A DNA stretch of 64,000 nucleotides. Source: an uncultured Actinomycetes bacterium (GTDB lineage: Bacteria > Actinomycetota > Coriobacteriia > Anaerosomatales > PHET01). Where the stretch lies: contig CAVSCA010000007.1 of the NCBI GenBank assembly GCA_963726325.1, positions 34,392 to 98,391 on the forward strand, read 5' to 3'. Positions 47,371-57,750 of this stretch are shown here, one piece after another (position 1 is the first letter of the stretch; each line of letters opens with the position of its first letter). The position numbers were made by a program, and so were the translations under genes. The notes under the pieces are model-generated. The model searched no databases and was not told the DNA's origin. It saw only the letters and a list, made by a program, of their open reading frames with translations.

Positions 47371-48739
47371 ATGAGCGCAACAGCCCTCATCCTCGCCGCC
47401 GGCGAGGGGACCCGCATGAAGTCCGACACGCCCAAGGTCGCCCACGCGGTCTTGGGTGTTCCCATGGTCCGGCTGGTCGTCGAAGCCGCTCGCGCGGCGG
47501 GCTGCGAGCGGGTGGTCGCGGTCACGGGGCACGGCGCGGAGACCGTCGAGGCTCTCATCGAGGGCGTCACCTGCGTTCGCCAGGACGAACAGCTCGGCAC
47601 CGGTCACGCGGTCATGTGCGCGCGCGAGGCGCTGGCGGGCATCGAGGGATCGCTCGTCGTGCTCTCGGGCGACACGCCGCTCATGACCGCCGAGACCATC
47701 GCCGGCCTCGTCGCGACTCGCGAGGCGAGCGGTTCCGCGGTCACGGTGCTCACGACCCACCTGCCCGACCCGCACGGCTACGGCCGGATCGTGCGCGACC
47801 GCGACGGTGAGGTCGAGCAGATCGTCGAGGAGAAGGACTGCACGCCCGAGCAGCGGCGAATCGACGAGGTCAACACGGGCACGTACTGCTTCGACGCCGC
47901 CGTGCTCTTCGCGCATCTCGACCGCCTGAGCACGCAAAACGCTCAGGGCGAGTACTACCTCACGGACATGATCGCCGTCTTCAAGGCCGAGGGGCTGCTC
48001 GTCTCGGCGCTGTCGACAGAGGACCCGCTCGAGACGCTCGGCGTGAACTCGCGCGTGCAGCTCGCCGAGGCGGCGAAGGTCCTGCAGGCTCGCATCAACC
48101 ACCGCCACATGCTCGCCGGCGTGACCATGACCGACCCGTCGCTCGTGTGGATCGGTCCGGACGTGGAGCTCGGGCGCGACGTCGAGATCCTGCCGATGAG
48201 CTTCCTCATGGGCAGCCACGCGCGTGGGCGATCGCGCGCTGATCGGGCCGAACACCCGCATCACCGACTCGGAGATAGCCGAGGGCGCGGTGGTCGACTC
48301 GAGCGTGGTGGTCTCGGCAAGCGTGGGTCCCGGCGCGACGGTCGGACCCGTCGCCTATCTGCGTCCGGGCACGGTGCTCGAGGCGCGCGCCAAGGCGGGC
48401 ACGAGCGTCGAGATCAAGAACTCGGTGGTGGGCGAGGGCAGCAAGGTGCCGCACCTCTCCTACATCGGGGACGCCACCATCGGCAAGGGCGTCAACGTGG
48501 GCGCCGGCTCGATCACCTGCAACTACGACGGAAGGCGCAAGCACGGGACCGTGATCGGAGATGGAGCGTTCATCGGCTCTGATACGATGCTGGTGGCGCC
48601 GGTGGAGATCGGCGCGGGCGCGATCACCGCGGCGGGAAGCGCGATCACGAAGGACGTTTCGGCGGATGCGCTGGCGGTGGAGCGGTCCGACCAGCGTGAG
48701 ATCGAGGGCTGGGCGGCGCGCAAGCGCGAAGAGGACTGA
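47371..48739 (+). CDS. glmU: bifunctional UDP-N-acetylglucosamine pyrophosphorylase / GlcN-1-P acetyltransferase; frame change near 48205-48225
   Basis: GGGGGAG then ATG 47371. [13 protein letters not shown]...VLSGDTPL...EYYLTD. The left-handed beta-helix part (ORF 48224-48739: [12 protein letters not shown]...[23 protein letters not shown]) is in the +1 frame. Confidence 0.88.
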
Positions 48740-48771
48740 GAAGCGGCGGATCAGAAGGGGCGAGCGTCACT

Positions 48772-49734
48772 ATGGCCGAGCACGGCAAGCGCATGATGGT
48801 GTTCTCGGGCACCAGCAACCCCGAGTTGGCCGAGGACGTGGCCCGCGAGCTGGGCATCGAACTCGGCAACGTCAAGATCCGCCACTTCGCCAACGGCGAG
48901 ATATACGTGCGCTTCCTCGAGAGCGTGCGTGGCGCCGACGTCTTCCTCGTGCAGTCGGTCTGCCGTCCGGTCAACGACACGCTCATGGAGCTGCTCATCA
49001 TGGTCGACGCCGCGAAGCGCGCGTCGGCCGAGAGCATCACCGCTGTGATCCCGCACTTCGGCTATGCGCGCCAGGACAAGAAGAGCGCCGCGCGCGAGCC
49101 GATCACCGCGAAGCTCGTGGCCGACCTGCTCACGGTGGCGGGCATCGACCGGGTCATCACGATGGACCTGCACCAGGGTCAGATCCAGGGGTTCTTCAAC
49201 CAGCCGGTGAACCACCTGACCGCGCTTCCCATACTGGCCGACTACTTCGAGTCGCTGGACCTGAAGAACTGCTGCGTCGTCTCGCCGGACGTGGGACGCG
49301 CGAAGGCGTGCAAGAAGCTCGCCGACATGCTGGGCGCGAGCCTCGCGATCATGCACAAGGGGCGTCCCGAGCACAACGTCGCCGAGATCACGCACGTCAT
49401 TGGTGACGTGAACGGCAAGACGTGTATAGTGGCCGACGACATGATCGACACCGCGGGCTCCATCACCGAGGGAGCCAAGGCGCTCATCCAGCAAGGTGCC
49501 GAGGGCGTGTACGTGACCGCCACGCACGGCATCTTCTCGCCGCCGGCGTACGAGCGGATCGAGGCGGCCCCCATCACCGAGCTGGTGGTCACCAACACGG
49601 TGCCCGTCCCGGAAGAGCGTCGCCACGGCAAGATCAGGGTACTGTCGGTCGCTCCGCTCATCGCGGCGGCCGTCGACAACGTCTTCAAGGACGAGAGCGT
49701 CTCAGAGCTGTTCGATCCCGACTTCCAGCTCTAG
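48772..49734 (+). CDS. prs: ribose-phosphate diphosphokinase
   Basis: Intact 320 aa. FSGTSNPELA...YARQDKK...VSPDVG...IVADDMIDTAGS. Confidence 0.93.
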   Translation: MAEHGKRMMVFSGTSNPELAEDVARELGIELGNVKIRHFANGEIYVRFLESVRGADVFLVQSVCRPVNDTLMELLIMVDAAKRASAESITAVIPHFGYARQDKKSAAREPITAKLVADLLTVAGIDRVITMDLHQGQIQGFFNQPVNHLTALPILADYFESLDLKNCCVVSPDVGRAKACKKLADMLGASLAIMHKGRPEHNVAEITHVIGDVNGKTCIVADDMIDTAGSITEGAKALIQQGAEGVYVTATHGIFSPPAYERIEAAPITELVVTNTVPVPEERRHGKIRVLSVAPLIAAAVDNVFKDESVSELFDPDFQL

Positions 49735-49818
49735 GCTAGCGACCGGCGCGTGCCGGCCGCATGCCGAGGAGTACGGGTACGTACTGAACGAGAGAGATAC
49801 ACCCGAAAGGAGCACTAC

Positions 49819-50454
49819 ATGACCGCAACCAGTGAGCTGGCAGCGGCGCCTCGCGAGATGGTGGGCAAATCCTCGCGGCGACTCGCCCAGATCAACCAGA
49901 TCCCGGCCGTCCTGTACGGCCGGGGGCGCGACGCAGCGTCCATCGCGGTGGACCGTCACGAGTTCGAGCTGTTCATGTCGCACCATGCGGCCGGTGCGGC
50001 CCTCGTCGAGCTCAAGCTCGAGGGCGAGAAGAAGCCGGTCAACGCGATGGTCCGCGAAGTCCAGCGCTCGCCGGTCAAGGGCAACATCCTGCACATCGAC
50101 TTCGTCGCCGTCTCGATGACCGAGGTCGTCCACGCGGTCGTGCCGCTCCACCTGCTCAACGACCCCGCCGGGGTCAAGGCGGGCGGCATCCTCACGATCA
50201 ACATGCACGAGCTCAACATCGAGGCGCTTCCCGGCGACCTGCCCGAGTCACTGGAGTGGGACGTCTCGGCACTCGAGATGGGCGATACGCTGGTCCTCTC
50301 CGAAGTCAAGGCTCCCGAGGGCATCAAGTTCCTCGACGACCTGGAGGCCATCGTCGCTTCGGTGCAGGCGCCGCGTGTCGAGGTCGAAGAGGTCGAGGTC
50401 GAAGAGGCCGCTGAGCCCGAGATCATCGGAGCGAAGGCCGAGGAAGAAGAGTAG
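49819..50454 (+). CDS. rplY: 50S ribosomal protein L25 / general stress protein Ctc
   Basis: AAAGGAG then ATG 49819. IPAVLYGRG...PVNAMVREVQRSPVKGNILHIDF, plus an acidic C-terminal tail. Confidence 0.88.
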   Translation: MTATSELAAAPREMVGKSSRRLAQINQIPAVLYGRGRDAASIAVDRHEFELFMSHHAAGAALVELKLEGEKKPVNAMVREVQRSPVKGNILHIDFVAVSMTEVVHAVVPLHLLNDPAGVKAGGILTINMHELNIEALPGDLPESLEWDVSALEMGDTLVLSEVKAPEGIKFLDDLEAIVASVQAPRVEVEEVEVEEAAEPEIIGAKAEEEE

Positions 50455-50490
50455 GGTGCTCGTGCCGCTCCTGTGTGTGGTGCGCGCGTT

Positions 50491-51057
50491 GTGACTCGGC
50501 TGGTCGTGGGGCTGGGAAACCCCGGTCCGGAGTATGAGCTGACTCGTCACAACGCGGGGTTCCTCACGGTCGATCTGCTCGGCGAGAACCTGCGCGCGTC
50601 GTACTGGAAGGATCAAGCCGGTGCCAAAGTCGCCGTCGTCCGCATGGGCGACGGCGAACTCGTGCTAGCCAAGCCGCAGGCGTTCATGAACGTCTCGGGT
50701 GGCTCGGTGCTCAGGCTCGTCGAGCTCTACGAGGTCGATCCGTCCGAGATGATCGTCGTGCACGACGACATCGACCTCGCGCCCGGTCGCATCACCTGCA
50801 AGCGAGGGGGCGGGCACGGTGGCCACAACGGCCTGCGCTCGATCCACGAGAAGCTCGGCTCCGACACCTACCTGCGCGTGCGGGTCGGGGTGGGGCGGCC
50901 TCCCGGGCGAATGGATCCGGCCGACTGGGTGCTCCAGCAGCTCAAGGGCGATGCGCTGGAGACGTTCGAGGACTCGATTCCTTCTGCCGCGCAGGCCGTG
51001 CTGCACATCCTCGAGCACGGGATCGTCAGCGCGATGCAGGAGTACAACGCCGACTAG
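50491..51057 (+). CDS. pth: peptidyl-tRNA hydrolase
   Basis: GTG 50491 (alternative start 50473). LVVGLGNPGPEYELTRHNAGF...MNVSG...HDDIDL...GGHGGHNGLRS. Confidence 0.9.
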   Translation: MTRLVVGLGNPGPEYELTRHNAGFLTVDLLGENLRASYWKDQAGAKVAVVRMGDGELVLAKPQAFMNVSGGSVLRLVELYEVDPSEMIVVHDDIDLAPGRITCKRGGGHGGHNGLRSIHEKLGSDTYLRVRVGVGRPPGRMDPADWVLQQLKGDALETFEDSIPSAAQAVLHILEHGIVSAMQEYNAD

Positions 51058-51082
51058 CGCGGGCGTGCCTGCGGGCGGACTC

Positions 51083-52279
51083 CTAGCGGTAGCTCATCGG
51101 GTTCTTGGGCGTGCCGTTCACGCGCACCTCGAAGTGCAGGTGCGGGCCGGTCGAGTAGCCGGTGCTCCCCACCGTCCCGATCCGCTGGCCCTTCGTGACG
51201 CGTTCGCCCGTCGAGACCTTGATCCCGCCCGCTCGCTGGTGGGCGTAGAGGGTGGTCACGCCGTTCCCGTGGTCGAGGATGATCGTGTTGCCGTAGCCGC
51301 CCCGATAGCCCGCGTAGAGCACCTCGCCCTTGCCTGCGGCCACGATCGCCGAGCCACTGGGCGCCCCGATGTCGATGCCGGGATGCAGCTCCTTGCCGTG
51401 GAACGGGCAGATCCTCGGTCCGAACTTCGAGGTGATCCGCGACGAGGAGGGCACCGGCCACGCCATCGAGCCGCTGAAGCGCCCCGAGCCGCCGCCCGAG
51501 AGCATCGCGGCGATGCGGTCGGACTCGGCCTCCTCGGCCTCGGCCAGGGCGCGTAGCCGCTTCGCGTTCTTTCGGTTGTCGGCGACGAGCCGCGACTTCT
51601 GCGACTGGATCGCGGACTGCTCGCGGGCCTTGCCCGCGCGGGAGGCCCGCAGCGAGCGCAGCTCCCCTTCGACGTTGGCCGCTTCGCGCTCCTTGAGCGT
51701 GACCGCTTCGAGCGACCGATCGAGCTTGACCTTGGCTGCGTCCAGGGACCGCCCGGTGGCCTCGAGGTCGGCCGCGATGTTGTTGTTCGACTCGATGACC
51801 CGGTTCACCAGCGTGGTACGCGCGATCAGGTCGTCGAAGTCCTGCGAGCCCAGAAGCATGTCGATGAAGAACCACGAACCCTGCTTGTAGGAGCTCTGGA
51901 CGCGCTCGGAAAGCAGATCCCGCTGCTTGTCGTATTGCGCCTGCGTCTGGTCTATCTCGGCCTGAGTGCTCTCGCACTCGTACTTGAGCCGCTGAGCCTC
52001 GCTGTGCAGCTGGTCGGTGCGCTTGGCCGCGCGCTGGATCCTGGGCGTCAGCGCGTCGGCCTCGCCCTGGAGCTGTTCGATGCGCTTGTCGAGCGCCTCG
52101 ACCTCGCCGGCGAGCCGGTTCGCGGTCTTCTCGGCAGCAGCAGCCTTCTTGCGCGCCGCGTCCGCAGCGTCCTGGTGCTTCTCGATGTCGGCGCGCGACA
52201 GCGCAGCCGCAGGAGCGGCGATGCCCATGAGAAGGCAAAGCGACAAGGAGAAGGAGAGAAGTGCGCGGCTGCGGTGCAT
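51083..52279 (-). CDS. secreted coiled-coil M23 metallopeptidase (EnvC/PcsB-like architecture)
   Basis: GGAGGA then ATG 52279. Signal peptide and a long heptad region. Catalytic motifs HPGIDIGAP and TGYSTGPHLHFEV. Intact. Confidence 0.88.
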   Translation of the reverse strand: MHRSRALLSFSLSLCLLMGIAAPAAALSRADIEKHQDAADAARKKAAAAEKTANRLAGEVEALDKRIEQLQGEADALTPRIQRAAKRTDQLHSEAQRLKYECESTQAEIDQTQAQYDKQRDLLSERVQSSYKQGSWFFIDMLLGSQDFDDLIARTTLVNRVIESNNNIAADLEATGRSLDAAKVKLDRSLEAVTLKEREAANVEGELRSLRASRAGKAREQSAIQSQKSRLVADNRKNAKRLRALAEAEEAESDRIAAMLSGGGSGRFSGSMAWPVPSSSRITSKFGPRICPFHGKELHPGIDIGAPSGSAIVAAGKGEVLYAGYRGGYGNTIILDHGNGVTTLYAHQRAGGIKVSTGERVTKGQRIGTVGSTGYSTGPHLHFEVRVNGTPKNPMSYR

Positions 52280-52481
52280 TGCTGTCATTTCCTCCGGGGG
52301 TCTGGTTCGATGTCGTGCTGCAACTGCCGCCGGAAGGCGCATTACGGGAAGAAGCATACCAGCGAACGGCACCACTCTCAAGGCGGACGGCGTCGCATCG
52401 GGCGTGAGCGTGCCGTATACTTGGCGGACTTTTCACTGGAGCATCGGCGCTCGGCGCCGGCCGGGTCCACGGAGGGCCACT

Positions 52482-53321
52482 GTGTTTCGGATCGTGCACG
52501 CACGGCAGCTGTCCGACGCCGTGTTCGAGATGGGTGTCGAAGCGCCCCGGATCGCGCGAAAGGCGCGGGCCGGGCAGTTCCTCATGGTGCGCACCACCGA
52601 TCGTGGCGAGCGCATCCCGCTGACGTTCTCGGACTGGTCTGCCGAGGAGGGCTGGATCCGCTTCATCTTCATGCGCGTGGGCAAGACCACCCACGAGCTG
52701 TCGCATCTGGGTGTGGGCGACGAGCTCGCCGACGTCGTGGGGCCGCTGGGCGTGCCGACGCACGTCGAGGGCGCCGGGCGCGTCGCGGTGGTCGGCGGCG
52801 GCGTCGGTGCGGCGGTCGCCTATCCGGTGGCTCGGGCGATGGCCGAGGCCGGCGCCGAGGTTCGCGTCATCCTCGGCGCGAGAAACGCCGAGCTGCTCGT
52901 CCTCGAGGACGAGCTGCGATCGCTGCCGGGCGTGCAGCTCACGGTGATGACCGACGACGGCAGCGCGGGCGAGAAGGGTCTCGTCACGCACCCGCTCAAG
53001 CAGCTGTGCGAGGCGGGCGCGATCGACCGGGCATTCGCGGTGGGACCGGCGATCATGATGAAGTTCTGCGCGGCCACGACGCGCGACTTCGACATCCCCA
53101 CGACCGTGTCTCTGAACCCGATCATGGTCGACGGCACGGGGATGTGCGGGGCGTGCCGCGTGTCCGTGGGCGGCGAGACGCGCTTCGGCTGCGTGGACGG
53201 ACCGGACTTCGACGGTCACGCGGTCGACTGGGAAGAGCTGATGAGCCGCCAGCGCATCTACGTCGACGACGAGCGCGAGGCCGACGCCGAGTACAGCAGG
53301 GGGTGCTCGTGCCACCTGTAG
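52482..53321 (+). CDS. nfnA: NfnA/SudB-type FAD and [2Fe-2S] electron-transfer subunit (PyrK-like)
   Basis: GGAGGG then GTG 52482. VFRIVHARQL...RIPLT...VVGGGVG...MVDGTGMCGACRV. Intact. Confidence 0.85.
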   Translation: MFRIVHARQLSDAVFEMGVEAPRIARKARAGQFLMVRTTDRGERIPLTFSDWSAEEGWIRFIFMRVGKTTHELSHLGVGDELADVVGPLGVPTHVEGAGRVAVVGGGVGAAVAYPVARAMAEAGAEVRVILGARNAELLVLEDELRSLPGVQLTVMTDDGSAGEKGLVTHPLKQLCEAGAIDRAFAVGPAIMMKFCAATTRDFDIPTTVSLNPIMVDGTGMCGACRVSVGGETRFGCVDGPDFDGHAVDWEELMSRQRIYVDDEREADAEYSRGCSCHL

Positions 53322-53399
53322 ACGAGACGGCGCTGCCGGGCTCCGGTGCGCCGGCCGAGAAGCCCACGGCACAAGCCGAGCCGCGCACCGCGCACGCCC

Positions 53400-54883
53400 A
53401 TGTCCGAGCGCGATGCGGCCGAGCGCGCCGGCAACTTCGACGAGGTCGCGTTCGGCTACTCGGCGCGACGAGGCGCTCGCCGAGGCGAACCGCTGTCTGC
53501 AGTGCAAGAACCCCACGTGCGAGCAGGGCTGCCCGGTCAACATCCGCATCAAGGACTTCATCGGCGCGATCATCGACGGCGACCTTCCTCGCGGCGTCGA
53601 CGCGCTCAAGGAGCGCAACGCGCTTCCCGCCGTGTGCGGGCGCGTGTGCCCGCAAGAGGAGCAGTGCGAGGCGGCGTGCGTGCTGGCCAAGAAGGGCGAG
53701 CCGGTCGCGATCGGGCGTCTCGAGCGCTATCTGGGCGACTTCGACCTGACCTGCGACCTCGAGCACAGGTGCGTGCCGGAGATAGCCCCGCCGAGCGGCA
53801 AGCGCTGCGCGGTGGTGGGATCCGGTCCGGCCGGGCTCGCGTGCGCAGGCGAGCTGGCGCGTCTCGGCCACGCGGTCACCGTGCTCGAGTCGCTGCATGC
53901 GCCCGGCGGGGTGCTCACCTACGGCATCCCCGAGTTCCGGCTGCCCAAGTCGGTCGTCGCGGCCGAGATCGAGGCGCTCGAGATGATGGGCGTCGCCATC
54001 GAATGCGACCAGGTGGTGGGCTGCATCGCCACCGTCGAAGAGCTCATGACCGAGGAGGGCTACGACGCGGTCTTCATCGGCAGCGGGGCCGGCCTGCCGG
54101 TGTTCATGGGCATCCCGGGAGAGAACCTCAACGGCGTCTACTCGGCGAACGAGTTCCTCACGCGCGTGAACCTCATGCGCGCCTACGAGTTCCCCAAGGC
54201 CGACACGCCGGTGTGGCGCGGGCGCAAGGTCGCGGTCGTGGGCGGCGGGAACGTGGCGATGGACGCGGCGCGCACCGCGCTTCGCCTGGGCGCCGAGGAG
54301 GTGTTCCTCGCGTACCGTCGAACCGCCGAGGAGATGCCCGCACGCGCCGAGGAGGTCCACCACGCCGTCGAGGAGGGCATCGAGTTCAAGATGCTGTGCT
54401 CGCCGCGCGCAGATCGTGGGCCACGACGGGTGGGTGACCGGCATGGTCGCCTCGCGCATGGAGCTGACCGAGCCCGACGAGAGCGGCCGCCGCGCGCCGG
54501 TGTGCGTGATGGACTCCGAGTTCGAGATCGAATGCGACACCGTGATCATGGCGGTCGGCACGCGCGCGAACCCGCTGCTGAGCCAGGCGGCCCCCGATCT
54601 CGAGCTCAACCGCCGCGGCTACATCGTCACCGACGAGGACGGCGCGACGAACCTGCCGGGGGTGTTCGCGGGCGGCGACATCGTGACCGGTGCGGCGACC
54701 GTGATTCTCGCGATGGGGGCCGGCAAGAAGGCCGCGAGAGCGATGGACCGCTGGCTTCAGATCGCGCTGATTCGCGGGCGAAGCGATGCTCCCCATTGGG
54801 TACTATCTGAGTACGACGAACGGCTTCGCGTTGCCGTCTGTCGGGTAGGTAGTTACTTCCAATCGGCTTCTCGGGAGGTGTGA
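53400..54883 (+). CDS. nfnB: NfnB/SudA/GltD-type NADPH-dependent oxidoreductase subunit; 2-3 frame changes; both ends uncertain
   Basis: PMSERDAAERAGNFDEVAFGY (frame 0). EALAEANRCLQCKNPTCEQGCPV...VVGSGPAGLACA...VVGGGNVAMDAAR (frame 1). GMVASRMELTEPDESGRR...VFAGGDIVTGAATVILAMGAGKKAA (frame 2). A GTG at 53309 overlapping nfnA is an alternative start. Confidence 0.8.
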
Positions 54884-54886
54884 GCG

Positions 54887-55636
54887 GTGCCTGACGATAG
54901 CATCGTCGTGCTGGTCATGGACGACGACAGCGCCGTCGTCGACATGATTCGCATGGGCCTTGAAGCCGATGGCATGAGGGTGCTCGGCGCCGCTGACGGC
55001 GGCGAGGGCATCGACATCCTCAGTCGCGAGCGGGTCGACGTGGTGGTGCTCGACATCATGATGCCTCGGGTGGACGGCTGGATGGCCCTGATGGACATCC
55101 GCAACCACCCCTCCACCGCGGACCTGCCGGTCATCATGCTCACCGCGAAGGACGAGGACCTGGCGAAGATCCTCGCGTTCAAGCAAGGGGTGCAGCAGTA
55201 CGTGACCAAGCCCTTCAACGTCGCCGAGCTCTCGGCCCGCGTGGAGAGCCTCGCGCGGGGACGCAGGCGCGTTCACGCGGAGCACGGCGCCGGGGGCGAC
55301 GGGGAGTTCCGCAAGCTCGCGGTTCGCAAGGGCGGGCGCACGGTGCTGCTCACCATCGACGACATCATCTACCTGTCGGCGCGGAACAAGTCGACGTACG
55401 CGCACACCTACGAGAACCAGTACCTCGTCGACTTCACGCTCGGAGAGCTCGAGAGCCGCCTGGGCCGAGAGTCGTTCTCGCGCGTGCATCGCAGCTACCT
55501 CGTGAACCTCAACAAGGTGAAGGAGATCCTGCGCATCGACGGCGGCTACGTGGTGGTGGCCGCCGACCGCGACGAGACGCACGTGCCTGTGGCGCGACGT
55601 CAGGTGCGCCAGTTCCGAGAGGCGGTCGGCATCTAG
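54887..55636 (+). CDS. LytTR-family response regulator
   Basis: GGGAGG then GTG 54887. Receiver domain VLVMDDD...VVVLDIMMP...LTAKD...KPF. LytTR domain IIYLSARNKSTYAHT...FSRVHRSYLVNLNKV. Intact. No histidine kinase nearby. Confidence 0.88.
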   Translation: MPDDSIVVLVMDDDSAVVDMIRMGLEADGMRVLGAADGGEGIDILSRERVDVVVLDIMMPRVDGWMALMDIRNHPSTADLPVIMLTAKDEDLAKILAFKQGVQQYVTKPFNVAELSARVESLARGRRRVHAEHGAGGDGEFRKLAVRKGGRTVLLTIDDIIYLSARNKSTYAHTYENQYLVDFTLGELESRLGRESFSRVHRSYLVNLNKVKEILRIDGGYVVVAADRDETHVPVARRQVRQFREAVGI

Positions 55637-55662
55637 GCGCGCGCGGCCGGACGCCCGCAGCC

Positions 55663-57028
55663 CTAGTTCTTCAGCGACTGCAGCGGTGCAGGGAGGCGGC
55701 CGCCTCGTCGGGCGAACACGGTCCCGGCGTGCTGGTTGACCGGCATCACCGGCGCCTCGCCGAGCAGCCCGCCGAACGACACGTGGTCGCCGACCACCTT
55801 GCCCACAGCGGGGATGAGCCGCACCGCGGTCGTCTTCGAGTTGACGACGCCGATGGCGCACTCGTCGGCGATGATGCCGGCGATCGTCTCGGCGGTCGTG
55901 TCGCCGGGCACCGCGATCATGTCGAGACCCACCGAGCACACCGCCGTCATCGCCTCGAGCTTCTCGATGGTGAGCGCGCCGGACTCGGCGGCGCGGATCA
56001 TGCCCTGGTCCTCGGAGACGGGGATGAACGCGCCCGAGAGCCCGCCGGTGCTCGACGTGCCCATCGCGCCGCCCTTCTTGACGGCGTCGTTGAGCAGCGC
56101 GAGCGCGGCGGTGGTGCCGGGCCCGCCGCACCGCCCCACGCCCATCGCCTCGATGATCTCGGCGACCGAGTCGCCCTCGGCGGGCGTGGGCGCGAGCGAG
56201 AGGTCGACGATGCCCATCTCGACGCCGAGGCGCTTGGCGGCCTCGCGCGCCATGAGCTCGCCCGCGCGCGTGATCTTGAACGCGGTGGCCTTGATCGCCT
56301 CGGCGACCGCGGTGAGGTCGGCGTCTTGCGGCAGCGCCGAGACGACCGCGCGCACGACGCCCGGGCCCGAGATGCCGACGTTGATGACCTCGTCGGGCTC
56401 GCCCGCACCGTGGACGGCGCCGGCCATGAACGGGTTGTCCTCGACCATGTTCGCGAACACGACGAGCTTCGCGCAGCCGATGCAGTCGCGCTCCGCGGTC
56501 TTCTCGGCGGCGGACTTGACCGTCTCGGCCATCGCCATGACCGCGTCCATGTTGATGCCGGCGCGCGTGGTGGCGACGTTGACCGAGGCGCACACACGCT
56601 CGGTCGTGGCCAGCGCATCGGGGATCGACTCGATGAGCCGCCGGTCGCCGTCGCCGATGCCCTTGTGCACGAGCGCCGAGAAGCCGCCGATGAAGTCGAC
56701 GCCCACCTCGTGGGCCGCCCGGTCGAGCGCCTCGGCGAAGGGCGTCGCGTCCTCGGCGGAGCACGACGCGACGAGCTCGGCGATGGGGGTCACGGAGATG
56801 CGCCTGTTCACGATGGGGATGCCGTACTCGGACTCGAGCGCGCGGGTCACCGGCACGAGCCTGCTCGGCGGCGCGACGTCACGCGCTCGTAGACGCGTTT
56901 GGCCGCGATGTCGATGTCGGGGTCGGCGCAGCCGCGAAGCGACAGGCCCAGCGTGACGGTGCGGATGTCGAGGTTTGCTGCTGGACCATCAGCAGCGTTT
57001 CGACGATCTCCTCGGGGTCGATGTGCAC
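55663..57028 (-). CDS. UPF0210/DUF711 (PFL-like) protein; two frame changes in the 5' region (about 56860 and about 56975)
   Basis: Main ORF 55663-56856 ([14 protein letters not shown]...FIGGFSALV...[11 protein letters not shown]). The N-terminal pieces [17 protein letters not shown] and [31 protein letters not shown] lie in other frames. Confidence 0.8.
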
Positions 57029-57133
57029 GGGAGGCCTTTCGGGTGGGTGTGGTGGGGTCGCACGATGTCGAGCGGCGAAGGTACCACGAGCGGCGGCACG
57101 GGGCGAAGTGGTGCCGTCCGGTGCCGCAGCCCG

Positions 57134-57412
57134 CTAGATGCGGTGCATGTAGCGGAAGACGTCCTCGCGCTGCAGCGTGATCTGGATGCCGCCGAGGTCC
57201 TCGGAGACGTCGGCGAGCTTCGCCTGCAGCTCCTCGAACGAGGTGGCGTCCTCGTCGACGGTGACGAGCATCGTCATCGAGAAGATGCCGCCGATGATGG
57301 TCTGCCGGATGTCCTCGATGTTCGCGTGCGACTCCGCGAGCACGCGTGAGACCGCCGCGACGATGCCCACTCGGTCTTCGCCGAGCACCGACAGGATGGT
57401 GGGGGTACGCAT
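57134..57412 (-). CDS. ACT-domain protein UPF0237
   Basis: GGAGGAACAG then ATG 57412. ILSVLGEDRVGIVAAVSRVLAESHANIEDIRQTIIGGIFSMTMLV. The usual partner of DUF711. Confidence 0.85.
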   Translation of the reverse strand: MRTPTILSVLGEDRVGIVAAVSRVLAESHANIEDIRQTIIGGIFSMTMLVTVDEDATSFEELQAKLADVSEDLGGIQITLQREDVFRYMHRI

Positions 57413-57534
57413 CTGTTCCTCCAACTGCGCTTCGGCACTGCGCCGCCCGCGGCGACGCTATACTCAGCTTATACCGCACGGCGGGCCATCCGCCGCTGGC
57501 GGCCGGTCCCAAAGCGCTACGAGAGCGAGTCGAC

Positions 57535-57750
57535 GTGGCAGTGCCGATCACGCCCATCCGGCTGGGCGACGTGGTCAAGCTGAAGAAGCCACACCCGTGC
57601 GGCGCGAACGAGTGGGAGGTCACTCGCGTGGGGGCCGACATCAAGCTGCGCTGCCGCGGGTGCGAGCGCTCGGTGATGCTCGAGCGCTACGAGTTCGACC
57701 GCAGGTTCCGCGGCTTCATCGGACCGTCGGGTGCTGAGTCGGAGTGCTAG
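57535..57750 (+). CDS. DUF951 protein
   Basis: GTG 57535. LGDVVKLKKPHPCGANEWEVTRVGADIKLRCRGCERSVMLER. Confidence 0.75.
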   Translation: MAVPITPIRLGDVVKLKKPHPCGANEWEVTRVGADIKLRCRGCERSVMLERYEFDRRFRGFIGPSGAESEC

